NCBI GenBank assembly: GCA_051382335.1
Contig: JBBCAX010000160.1
Coordinates: 1 to 43,772, forward strand
Source: Deltaproteobacteria bacterium TL4
Lineage (GTDB): Bacteria; SAR324; NAC60-12
Length of the DNA stretch: 43,772 nucleotides
Direction of reading: 5' to 3'
Both the position numbers and the translations under genes were made by a program. Shown here piece by piece: positions 18,760-27,772 of the stretch (positions are counted from its first letter, which is position 1; each line of letters opens with the position of its first letter). Under the pieces are notes generated by a model. The model was given only the letters and a program-made list of their open reading frames with translations. It was not told where the DNA came from and did not search any database.

Positions 18760-21129
18760 ATGATGGATTTTGATGTTGATTATGAGTTGGTTGTCAGTGC
18801 CGTAGACGCCAAGAATTTCATGGAGCAAAAGCTTCGACACCTTAAAGTCAAGCTTCTCCATATTCATGAAATGTTTCAAAAACTGAATCAACTCAACCTG
18901 TCTCAGATGGTCGCTGTTTTCCAGGAAGTCTATGTGGGTCTGGAGCAGAAACATACTTCCTTGAAAAATGAGCTGTCACGGTCCCTGCCTGATTACTCCC
19001 GAGAAGATAAACCTCCGGTTGTTTATTACAATACCCTGTTTGAGGAAATCGAGCGTTCTCAAGTGATGGCGTATCAGGAAACTCATTATGTGCTGGGAAC
19101 CCTATCTCAGGATGGGGTTAACAAAGTCCTGCAGCTTTGTTCCGTCTTGCATCGTCTGCAATTTGAATTGCTTCAGCTTGAAACGGATGTGGAAACGCTA
19201 TTCCCGCCTCCTTCTGAAATACCTCCCAGTGTGCCCGTGTCCTCTTTTGAAGAACCCCCCACCTCAGAGTCAAAGGTCTTGGCGCGCTTTCAAAGCACCA
19301 TGACGAATGCGGAAAAAATTTTGGAAAGCCGCTTACAACATCTCCAAAAACTTGAATCACAACTGAGCAAACAACAAGAGCATTTATTCAAAAAAGAAAA
19401 AGAATTGTTAAAAAAGGGAACGGAATTCAACGTTTATCAAGGAGAGGTGAAGCAAGAGAAAAAACGGGTGCAAGAACAGGAAGAAACGCTTAAACGGCGT
19501 GAACAGGAACTGTCCAAGCAACAGCGAGAACAAGAGAACAAGAGTGAAAGTTTTGCTCAACAGGAGAAAGAACGCAAAGACTACGATTTGAGACTGACAG
19601 AGAAAGAACAAGAGTCGCGTCAAAAGAGTGCGGAATTACAAGCAAAAATTCAAGTCACTGAGGAAAGAGAGAAACATCTTCAATTATTACAGGAAGAGCA
19701 TGGCAAACAACAAAAAATATTGGAACAGCTTTATCAAAAAGAGCTGGACGCGCTGAATCGGAAAAAAACCCAAGTAGAAAAAGAGGAAAAACAACTCCAA
19801 ACCCAGTTACTGGAGTTATCTCAGAAACAAGGGATCCAGGAGGCAAAAGGCAAGGCGCTCCAACAGCAGGAAGAAAAACTGCAGGCGCAGCAGCAAACGC
19901 AAGCAGAACAGCACAAAGTGTTGACCCAACAGCAAGCTCAATTGAAACAAGAGGAAAAACAACTCCAAACCCAGTTACTGGAATTAACACGTCAAGCCTC
20001 AACCGTGAGTGCCGGAGAAAAGGCGCTGCGGCAGCAGGAGGAAAAACTTCACGTTCAACAGCAAGAGACGGAACAACAGTGGATTGCGTTGAATCAAAAA
20101 GCAGTGGCTGTTGACGCCCAAGAAAAACATGCTCAGCAATTGCAGAAACAAGTTCAGCAGGAACAGCAGGAACAGGAACATCGCGCCGCGGATCTTATTC
20201 GTAAAGAAGCGATCCTTGAACCTAAAGAAAAGGCCCTTCGGCAACTGGAAAATAAAATCAAGGAACAAGAACAAGAGTATTCGCAGTCCTTAAAAAGTAT
20301 GGAGCAACAGAAAGTTGCTTTACAGTTTCAACAACAGCAACTCAATGATCAGTTGCGGCAACTCCGTTTTCATGAAGAAGAACAGCAAAAACTGGCTCTG
20401 GAATTTGCAAGAAAAGACGAACAGGTGCTCAGACGGGAGCAGAACTGCAATCAACGGGAAGAACAAATCAAAGCAGAAGGAAAACGTTTGACGACGCAAG
20501 AGGCGTATTTAGTACAAAAGGAGAAAGATCTGAAAGTGCAGCTCGTGCAGCTCGAATCCCTTCAAAATCAAATAAAACCCAGTGATTTCCGAGAAGCCGA
20601 AGTCTTAGAGCCGTTTCAAGTCAGGCCACAGGAAAAAGAACAACTTTTCGATCAGGTCCAAGGATCTTTTCAGCGCTTGTCCCATCAAAATCAGGAACTT
20701 TTTGGTTCTTTAGAGCATTTCCGTTCATCACTCTCGGATATCAATCAAAAACTCGGTGAGTTTCAACAGCAAGCCGCAACGAAATCCATCGAAGCCCTCC
20801 AACCCGATAAAACAGAACTAGACGCCGTTTTTAAAGAACAGCAGAAAGTGGTGGCTCAACAAAAGAGCATCTTGCTCGAACTGGAAAAAGAAAAAGAGCA
20901 TTTAAGTCAAGAGAAAAACTGGGTTAAAGGCTTGCTGACCAATTTATTGGAACAACATGACAAGATCCAGGAAGTTCAAGATAAGCTCAGAACTATCGAG
21001 CAGGAAAATATCCGCCGTCAGGAAACACAGATTCTTCAAGAAAAAGGCTGGTTGAAAGTGGAAAAATCCAAGTTGAAAAAACAACCGGCTTCTCCTGGAA
21101 ACGGGGAGCCTTTTGAAGATGTTTTTTAA
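18760..21129 (+). CDS. Large Q/E/K-rich coiled-coil protein with internal repeats
   Basis: About 600 aa of heptad pattern; EEKQLQTQLLEL duplicated with a 168-bp period (19781, 19949); no Walker motifs seen. Confidence 0.85.
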   Translation: MMDFDVDYELVVSAVDAKNFMEQKLRHLKVKLLHIHEMFQKLNQLNLSQMVAVFQEVYVGLEQKHTSLKNELSRSLPDYSREDKPPVVYYNTLFEEIERSQVMAYQETHYVLGTLSQDGVNKVLQLCSVLHRLQFELLQLETDVETLFPPPSEIPPSVPVSSFEEPPTSESKVLARFQSTMTNAEKILESRLQHLQKLESQLSKQQEHLFKKEKELLKKGTEFNVYQGEVKQEKKRVQEQEETLKRREQELSKQQREQENKSESFAQQEKERKDYDLRLTEKEQESRQKSAELQAKIQVTEEREKHLQLLQEEHGKQQKILEQLYQKELDALNRKKTQVEKEEKQLQTQLLELSQKQGIQEAKGKALQQQEEKLQAQQQTQAEQHKVLTQQQAQLKQEEKQLQTQLLELTRQASTVSAGEKALRQQEEKLHVQQQETEQQWIALNQKAVAVDAQEKHAQQLQKQVQQEQQEQEHRAADLIRKEAILEPKEKALRQLENKIKEQEQEYSQSLKSMEQQKVALQFQQQQLNDQLRQLRFHEEEQQKLALEFARKDEQVLRREQNCNQREEQIKAEGKRLTTQEAYLVQKEKDLKVQLVQLESLQNQIKPSDFREAEVLEPFQVRPQEKEQLFDQVQGSFQRLSHQNQELFGSLEHFRSSLSDINQKLGEFQQQAATKSIEALQPDKTELDAVFKEQQKVVAQQKSILLELEKEKEHLSQEKNWVKGLLTNLLEQHDKIQEVQDKLRTIEQENIRRQETQILQEKGWLKVEKSKLKKQPASPGNGEPFEDVF

Positions 21130-21147
21130 TCCATCCTTTGTGATCCT

Positions 21148-21954
21148 ATGCAATGTTCTCTCGCTTATTCGCCCTGTCCCAATGATACTTATATTTTTTA
21201 TGCGTTAGCTCATCGAAAAATTGATACGTTTCCGTTTGAATTCACCATTCATCATCAGGACATTGCGACCTTAAACCAACTGGCTCTCCAGGGCGGTGTC
21301 GATATTTTAAAAATTTCCTGTGTGACCTATGCCAGAGTTCAAAAACTATATACAGTGCTTTCTTCCGGGGCCGCCTTAGGGATTGGCCATGGTCCGTTAG
21401 TGCTGAGGGCTGCGCACGCTGCCAAAGAACCGGAACAATGGAAAAGTATCGCCTTGCCAGGTCCTTACACGACGGCGCACTTCCTGTTGAAACTTTGGTT
21501 TCCCGAACATCCACTCCCCGTGTTTCTGCCGTTTCATGAAATTGTGGCACAACTTCAGACAGGAACGCTGGAGGCCGGAGTGATTATTCACGAAAGTCGG
21601 TTTACTTATGAACAGTTTGGACTCTTGCGGCACCTTGATTTAGGTCAATGGTGGTGGCAAAAAAGACAAATTCCCCTGCCTCTAGGCTGTATTTGCGCCA
21701 GAGCCTCGTTCTCGTCTGCGATGAGACAGCAATTTTCCGCTTTAATCAGAAAAAGTTTAGGGTATGCACAAGCGCACCCTGAGGAAGTGATGGCTTATAT
21801 CAAAGAGCACGCTCAGGAGTCCGATGAGAAAGCGTTGAAGGACCATATCGCTTTGTATGTCAACGAATACACCTGGGATTTAGCGGAAAAAGGAGGAGAC
21901 GCCCTGCGGCAAATGTTAAACGAAGTTGAAAAATGGGGTTGGAACCAAAGCTGA
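21148..21954 (+). CDS. mqnD: 1,4-dihydroxy-6-naphthoate synthase (futalosine pathway)
   Basis: AYSPCPNDTYIF, GAALGIGHGPL, GVIIHESRFTY, PLPLG, HIALYVNEYT. Confidence 0.93.
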   Translation: MQCSLAYSPCPNDTYIFYALAHRKIDTFPFEFTIHHQDIATLNQLALQGGVDILKISCVTYARVQKLYTVLSSGAALGIGHGPLVLRAAHAAKEPEQWKSIALPGPYTTAHFLLKLWFPEHPLPVFLPFHEIVAQLQTGTLEAGVIIHESRFTYEQFGLLRHLDLGQWWWQKRQIPLPLGCICARASFSSAMRQQFSALIRKSLGYAQAHPEEVMAYIKEHAQESDEKALKDHIALYVNEYTWDLAEKGGDALRQMLNEVEKWGWNQS

Positions 21955-22221
21955 ACAGAATCGAGGTTTATATTTTCTGAGTTTTCTGAGGTTGTACCTT
22001 GCAATTTTTAAAAATTAGAACTACCTTAACCCGCCTATACCCCTTAGCCTTCCGGTGGTTTCGCTTTGCGTCAGTACACCTTATAGGCGATGTTTATTTT
22101 CAGAGCTGTCCGATGATTTTCATTTCATAAGTAGGCGTGATTGGCCGCTTTGCCAACCCTTCCTGCTGAGCTTGTCCCGGAGAGACTCCTAGTCGATTAT
22201 CCTTAACAGCAACGAGTCAAC

Positions 22222-23436
22222 ATGTCAGTACCCATCCAACCTCCCGTTCCCTATGCTTTGAGCCGAATATTGCCCGCTGAACCCTTACTGCTGATGGGCG
22301 CGGGGCCTGTGCCTTTACCCCATGCCGTAGCACAGGCAAATAGCGTTGTCATCAATCACCTTGGAGAGACGATGGATGCGGTGGTTCGAGGCGTTAAAGA
22401 GATGGCTCGTTATGCGTTCCAAACACGTAGTGACAAAATACTCGGCATTTCAGGCCCCTCTTCTGCGGCCATGGAAATGGCACTGGCAAACCTGCTTTGG
22501 CCTGGACGTCGGATTTTGGTTCTCAAAAATGGAACATTCAGTGGACGTTTTGGCGAAATGGCGGAGGGTTTGGGCGCCGAAGTTACTGTTTTTGAACCCC
22601 CGCCTTCAACACCCATCCGACTTGAAATGGTGCGGGATTTGTTGGAACGGCAGCGATATGACGTAATTACCCTGGCTCAGGGGGAAACCTCCTGCGGACT
22701 TTATAATGTCGATTTGCCTCAAGTCACACAACTGGCCAAAAGTTACGGAGTACTGGTCGTGGTTGATGCGGTATGTACGCTCACGACGATGCCGATGCAG
22801 ATGGATGCGTGGAAGATTGACGTTGTGATTACAGGAGGACAAAAAGGGTTGTCTTCAATTCCGGGGGTTTCCCTGATCGCTTTTTCCGAGGAGGCTTGGG
22901 AGGTTTTGGAAAAACGGACAGCGCCCCGTCCACATTGGTGCCTCGATGCGGTTCGTGCACAAAAATTTTGGGGACATCAGCAATACCACTATACCGCTCC
23001 TGTCCCGGGAATTTTGGCCATTTATGAAGCCTTGCGCTTGATTTGCGAGGAAACCCTGGATGTGCGTTTTGAGCGTCATCGGATGAGTTCAGAAGCCTTT
23101 CAGGCAGGGGTTGAAGCCATGGGCTTGAAACTCACCATGCCGAAAGAATATCGACTGAATACGGTGGTTGCCATTGAACTCCCTGAAGGCGTGAGTGGTA
23201 ACAATGTGCGAAAATATATGGCAGAACGTTTTCATGTTGAGATTTCAGGAGCCTTTGGATTGAATATTATCCGTGTGGGGCAGATGGGAGAGCAATGCCG
23301 AGCTCATAACATCTTCCGCGTTTTGTATGCCATGGGAATTGGCTTTCAGCGAGAGGGGGTTAAGTTGGACATCAGTTCAGGAATGGCTGCGCTTGAAAAG
23401 CATTTAATCCAAGATCTTGAACATTTTGTTGATTGA
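22222..23436 (+). CDS. Class V PLP aminotransferase (alanine/serine-glyoxylate family)
   Basis: LLMGAGP, GETSCG, VVDAVCT, PLP lysine in GGQKGL, YHYTAPV, RVGQMG. Confidence 0.9.
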   Translation: MSVPIQPPVPYALSRILPAEPLLLMGAGPVPLPHAVAQANSVVINHLGETMDAVVRGVKEMARYAFQTRSDKILGISGPSSAAMEMALANLLWPGRRILVLKNGTFSGRFGEMAEGLGAEVTVFEPPPSTPIRLEMVRDLLERQRYDVITLAQGETSCGLYNVDLPQVTQLAKSYGVLVVVDAVCTLTTMPMQMDAWKIDVVITGGQKGLSSIPGVSLIAFSEEAWEVLEKRTAPRPHWCLDAVRAQKFWGHQQYHYTAPVPGILAIYEALRLICEETLDVRFERHRMSSEAFQAGVEAMGLKLTMPKEYRLNTVVAIELPEGVSGNNVRKYMAERFHVEISGAFGLNIIRVGQMGEQCRAHNIFRVLYAMGIGFQREGVKLDISSGMAALEKHLIQDLEHFVD

Positions 23437-23448
23437 CCCGTTGTAGTT

Positions 23449-24828
23449 GTGGTACAGCTTGAATTCGACAAAGGAACCTTAATACTGCATAACATCCGTG
23501 AGTCAGAACTGGATTTGCTGCCTGGTGTTCAATGGGATGAGCGGATCCATTCTTTCAGGGCTCCTGCCCATTATTATCGTGAGATCGTTCTGGCGTTAAG
23601 AAGGCATGGCCTTGCTTACCAGGACCAGGCACGTTCGTTTCAACCTCAGACCTTCCCTCTGCAAAAACAGATCGTCCCCCGTTCCTTTCAGCAGGAAGCC
23701 TTGCAAGCATGGCAAAAGCAAGGCTCCCGGGGGGTTGTGGCGCTGCCGACAGGCGCGGGAAAAACAATTTTGGCCGTAATGGCTATTGAGAAAACAGAAC
23801 GTCCCACGTTGATTCATGTCCCGACCCTGGATTTGATGCATCAGTGGTATACGGTCCTCACCGAATATTTTGGTTCTCCGATTGGTTTATTAGGGGGCGG
23901 ATATCACGAAATTGAACCTTTAACTGTGGCAACTTATGACTCTGCCCTGATTCATATTACTCATAAAGGTCATCAATTTGGGTTGCTCATTTTCGATGAA
24001 TGTCACCACTTGCCAGGGGAACAGTATCAGTTTGCCGCCATAGGTTCCATCGCGCCCTTCCGGCTGGGACTGACCGCCACCCCCGAACGGACTGATGGGA
24101 AAGAGGCCTTGCTCTATCAACTTTGCGGGAATCTCTGCTATCAGGTACAAATTCATGAACTCGAGGGCAAGGTATTGGCTCCTTATGAAGTGCATACTCT
24201 TGAAGTGGAGATGACTCCTGAGGAACAAGAACTGTACGAGGAAGCCCGGACTTGTTATCTCGATTTTGTGCGACAGGAGCAAATAGATTTTAGTCGTGCA
24301 AACGGATGGCACTCCTTTTTGTGGAAAAGCAGTCGAACGTCGGCAGGTCGTCAGGCCTTTCAAGCCTACCTGTTACAAAAACGGCTCAGTCAGGCTTCGT
24401 CTGCAAAAGAAAACTGGATTTGGAGTTTATTGATGGAGCACCAGGGAGATCGAATTTTAATTTTCACTCAAGATAATGAAATGGCTTACCGTATTGGAAA
24501 ACTGTTTTTTCTGCCGGTTCTCACACATCACACTCGTTTAAAGGAACGAACTTTGTTTTTGAACGCTTTCCGTCAGGGGGATTTTAGTATTTTAGTGACT
24601 TCAAAGGTTTTGAATGAAGGGGTTGATGTTCCTGAAGCTAATGTCGCGATTATTGTCTCAGGAAGTGGCAGCACCCGTGAACATGTGCAGCGACTCGGTC
24701 GAATTTTACGTTCCCGTCCAGGAAAAACAGCCTGTCTTTACGAACTGGTGTCCAAAGGGACTGGCGAGTATTTTATCAACAAACGGAGAAGGCAGCACAG
24801 TGCTTACCAAAGACCTGGTTCGGTATAA
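23449..24828 (+). CDS. XPB/Rad25-like SF2 helicase
   Basis: LPTGAGKT, FDECHHL, LGLTATPER, VLNEGVDVP, VQRLGRILR. Confidence 0.92.
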   Translation: MVQLEFDKGTLILHNIRESELDLLPGVQWDERIHSFRAPAHYYREIVLALRRHGLAYQDQARSFQPQTFPLQKQIVPRSFQQEALQAWQKQGSRGVVALPTGAGKTILAVMAIEKTERPTLIHVPTLDLMHQWYTVLTEYFGSPIGLLGGGYHEIEPLTVATYDSALIHITHKGHQFGLLIFDECHHLPGEQYQFAAIGSIAPFRLGLTATPERTDGKEALLYQLCGNLCYQVQIHELEGKVLAPYEVHTLEVEMTPEEQELYEEARTCYLDFVRQEQIDFSRANGWHSFLWKSSRTSAGRQAFQAYLLQKRLSQASSAKENWIWSLLMEHQGDRILIFTQDNEMAYRIGKLFFLPVLTHHTRLKERTLFLNAFRQGDFSILVTSKVLNEGVDVPEANVAIIVSGSGSTREHVQRLGRILRSRPGKTACLYELVSKGTGEYFINKRRRQHSAYQRPGSV

Positions 24829-26023
24829 AATTAAACAAAACAGCATTCAGCCTTTGTTCATCAACCCTGAAGACAGCATGCTTCTGGAGGTTGCGCAACA
24901 ATTGATTGAGGTTTTTAAACAGCATGTGGAAGAGACCAGGGAAGTCTTGACGGAACATTGCAAAATGCTGATGGAAGGAAATCCATGCGGCGCGTTGATT
25001 GCGCGTGGGTTAGAAAAGCTTTTGTTAGATCGAACAGAATTTGATATGGTGCCTGATGACCCTTTGTTGAGCTTACGACACCGACTGTTCCTTCATTCAA
25101 GTAAACTATTGTCCCAAAGTCAAATATCTGATATTCAGTCCTACTATGAGCAAGTAGCGGCGCCGTTTGACCAACCGGCGCACGTGCTGGCTGAAAGCCT
25201 TTATAGTGATCTTCCTCCCTATCATCGAGTTGTCCGCTTTAAGCCCATTTCCGCTCAAGGTCTATTGCATCGCTATAATTGTGCGCAAGTTCAGAGTTTA
25301 TTGCTTCATTGTGAAAAGTTACGACTCACTTTGTTTGAGACACAGACGGCAACGTTGAGGCAGTTGTTCAAGTATTTGAGGTTTCATCAGTTGCTCGCGG
25401 CGATTACCAAGTCCAAAGATGAGGGCTACCAGATAGAAATAGATGGACCTTTAAGCCTGTTTATGCAAACACAAAAGTATGGTTTGGCTTTAGCCAGCTT
25501 TTTCCCCGCAGTTCTTCATCAACCCCGGTGGAAGTTAAGTGCGGAAATAAGAATCCAAAAGCAGAAGCCTGTAGCACTAAATTTGGATGAAACGTGTCAT
25601 ATTCGTTCTCATTATCATCAATTTTTGTCATATATACCGGAAGAAATTGAAAGTTTTGGAAAAACATTCCACAATAAACTGGAAGACTGGGAAGTAGAAC
25701 CGTCAAGTGAATTCATCCCCTTGGAGGGGGATTCATATTGCTTTCCGGATTTTACGTTTGCTCATCGTTCAGGGTTTAAGATTTCGATGGAACTGTATCA
25801 TGCCTGGCATGCGGGGCCTTTGAACAAGCGATTGAAACAATTGGAAAAAATTTCGTCTCCGCTTTTGATCTTGGGGGTTACCCATAAGCTTTTGAAAGAT
25901 GAGTTGTTGGCGCAAACATTAGAAGACTCTGCCTATTTTTCCAGGTTTGGATTTGTCTTTAGAGAGCTGCCTACTGTTGAAAAGGTAAGGCCTATTTTGG
26001 AAAGCCTGAGACCTTCAACTTAA
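24800..26023 (+). CDS. DUF790 / Bax1-like nuclease; start GTG 24800
   Basis: MLTKDL start after GGAG, LYSDL, LLHRYN..QVQ, LFKYLRFHQL, IDGPLSLF..TQKYG, C-terminal FPDF..E nuclease motif; overlaps the helicase gene. Confidence 0.85.
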   Translation: MLTKDLVRYKIKQNSIQPLFINPEDSMLLEVAQQLIEVFKQHVEETREVLTEHCKMLMEGNPCGALIARGLEKLLLDRTEFDMVPDDPLLSLRHRLFLHSSKLLSQSQISDIQSYYEQVAAPFDQPAHVLAESLYSDLPPYHRVVRFKPISAQGLLHRYNCAQVQSLLLHCEKLRLTLFETQTATLRQLFKYLRFHQLLAAITKSKDEGYQIEIDGPLSLFMQTQKYGLALASFFPAVLHQPRWKLSAEIRIQKQKPVALNLDETCHIRSHYHQFLSYIPEEIESFGKTFHNKLEDWEVEPSSEFIPLEGDSYCFPDFTFAHRSGFKISMELYHAWHAGPLNKRLKQLEKISSPLLILGVTHKLLKDELLAQTLEDSAYFSRFGFVFRELPTVEKVRPILESLRPST

Positions 26024-26116
26024 GTTTTGAAGTAATGAACATAACAGGAGAGGTTCCGTCGGTGCAAGCTGAGTCTCTCCTTTGTATCTATTCACCTCTT
26101 TCATAAGAGGAGTGCC

Positions 26117-27430
26117 ATGGGGTTAGGGAAAAAGGCTTGTATCCTGTTTGTTACCGGAGTGACGCTGATTCTTATCGTCAATACCGCTTGTTCCTCACCA
26201 GAAGAAGAAGTGGTTGTCGAAAAAGCGGCTGGAGGAAGTCCAGCAACTGCTGAAAAAATTTCGATTTCCGCGCCTCTTTCTTCTCCGGTTGCATCGAAGG
26301 ATTGCGATTTTCCGTTGAGTCATCTGAAAGAGACCGTTACCTCCCCGGATGTTTCAACGCTACCTGCACGTTCTCCGCAAAGAGAGGGTTCCAGTTTAAG
26401 CATACATACGCTGTCCCTTCCTGATTTCAACAGTACTGGTACGCCTGGATTCTTTTCGACAAGGCAGTCCTTTTCTGTTCCTGCAGGGACCATTTCTTTC
26501 CAAATTTCGGCCTTTGAAGTGAACCCCTCCCTCAGTCCCGCGGGGGTGCAAATCTGTTCGCTTACCGATCCGAATGGCGTGGAACGTATTATGAATGAAT
26601 GTTCTTTGTGGGTCTTTGGCTCAGGATGGGAACCGTCGTTGCCGACTTCCAGTGTCCCTGAAGGTTTGTGGTCCTTTGAGGTAGTGAGTGGGCGGCAATC
26701 GGCTACGGCCATGGTTGGATTTCGTTCAGATTCCGTCTCTTCAGCCACACTTTCGATCCGGCCTTATCTCACAGGAAATCAATATTCTGAGGCAGATATT
26801 CGGTCGGCGTTAAATTACATGACCAGCCTTTATGAAAACCAGGGCATTCATCTCAATTTAGAACCGGTTCGATTATTGTCGGGGACCCAATTCAAAATGG
26901 TAACCTCAAATTTTACCAGTGACGCAACCGCTGAACTGGTGTGTAAAGGGGATCATCAGCATGTTAATTTATTTTTCGTGGAAGACCTCATTGCTTCAAG
27001 TAACAGTGGTGGCAGTGTCTTGGGAATTGCGAGTGGAATCCCTGGTCCCCATGGTATTCGAAGCCGTCATAACGGGGTCTTAATCGGGTTGGATGCTCAC
27101 AGCTATTGTGAAAAAAATAATGGAACCTGTAAATTGGATGGAGTTTTACTCGGGGAAACGGCGGCACATGAGATGGGACATTGGTTGGGCTTAGCTCATA
27201 CCACTGAGTCTAAAGGGGACAGGTTTGATTTATTACGCGACACTGAAGAATGTCCTATCAGTTTTGCCTCCAACCGTAAAGCGGGAATAGTAACGGTTGA
27301 AGATTGTTCCCAAAAGGATGGCTATAACTTAATGTTTTGGACGGCACCGCCCCAAGGCTCAGTTAAACGTCAAACACAGATGACACCTAATCAAACCGAT
27401 GTGCTAAAACACGCGCCTATCATTCAATAA
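26117..27430 (+). CDS. Lipoprotein zinc metalloprotease (metzincin, M43-like)
   Basis: Lipobox NTAC; HEMGHWLGLAH; Met-turn NLMF. Confidence 0.85.
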   Translation: MGLGKKACILFVTGVTLILIVNTACSSPEEEVVVEKAAGGSPATAEKISISAPLSSPVASKDCDFPLSHLKETVTSPDVSTLPARSPQREGSSLSIHTLSLPDFNSTGTPGFFSTRQSFSVPAGTISFQISAFEVNPSLSPAGVQICSLTDPNGVERIMNECSLWVFGSGWEPSLPTSSVPEGLWSFEVVSGRQSATAMVGFRSDSVSSATLSIRPYLTGNQYSEADIRSALNYMTSLYENQGIHLNLEPVRLLSGTQFKMVTSNFTSDATAELVCKGDHQHVNLFFVEDLIASSNSGGSVLGIASGIPGPHGIRSRHNGVLIGLDAHSYCEKNNGTCKLDGVLLGETAAHEMGHWLGLAHTTESKGDRFDLLRDTEECPISFASNRKAGIVTVEDCSQKDGYNLMFWTAPPQGSVKRQTQMTPNQTDVLKHAPIIQ

Positions 27431-27436
27431 TACCTA

Positions 27437-27615
27437 TAGATGTTCATTTAAATAAATTCATTGGAATCACTGTGGAGTACCAAAGCTTGCTTTGGCAAAA
27501 TTCAAAGAAAAGCTTTGGCTTTTCTGGTCAAAGCAAGCTTTGACACTCCTAATCATGAGTCGATTAAATGGGTCATCCAAAATATACATGCTGAATTTAT
27601 TTAAATGCATGTCTA
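27437..27615. mobile_element. MITE copy 2 (179 bp, TA duplication in an ACCTAGGT target)
   Basis: TIRs TAGATGTTCATTTAAATAAATTCA / TGAATTTATTTAAATGCATGTCTA; internal palindromes CCAAAGCTTGCTTTGG and TCAAAGCAAGCTTTGA. Confidence 0.8.
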
Positions 27616-27625
27616 TAGGTGGCTG

Positions 27626-27772
27626 TCCGAGTTAATCACTACTAAATTTTACTTATACATTCCCTGTTTTTTAAAAATAGGACGCAGATTTTCATGATAA
27701 ACAGGATGAAATTTTAAAAAATCATTTAAATCCTGTAAATCTGCGTCCTAATTTAACAGTAATTCGCTCGGG
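27626..27772. mobile_element. Small IR-bounded element containing a REP-like pair; supplies the stop codon of the repeat lipoprotein
   Basis: Imperfect ends TCCGAGTTAATCACT / AGTAATTCGCTCGGG; internal perfect 14-bp IR TAGGACGCAGATTT (27678-27691) / AAATCTGCGTCCTA (27737-27750). Confidence 0.55.

Noticed and set aside
18760..21129. SMC/Rad50 ATPase
   Set aside because: No Walker A/B, signature or hinge motif
22160..22221. Glycine riboswitch (GGAGAGAC) before the aminotransferase
   Set aside because: The downstream CCGAAG and CTCAGG elements are absent
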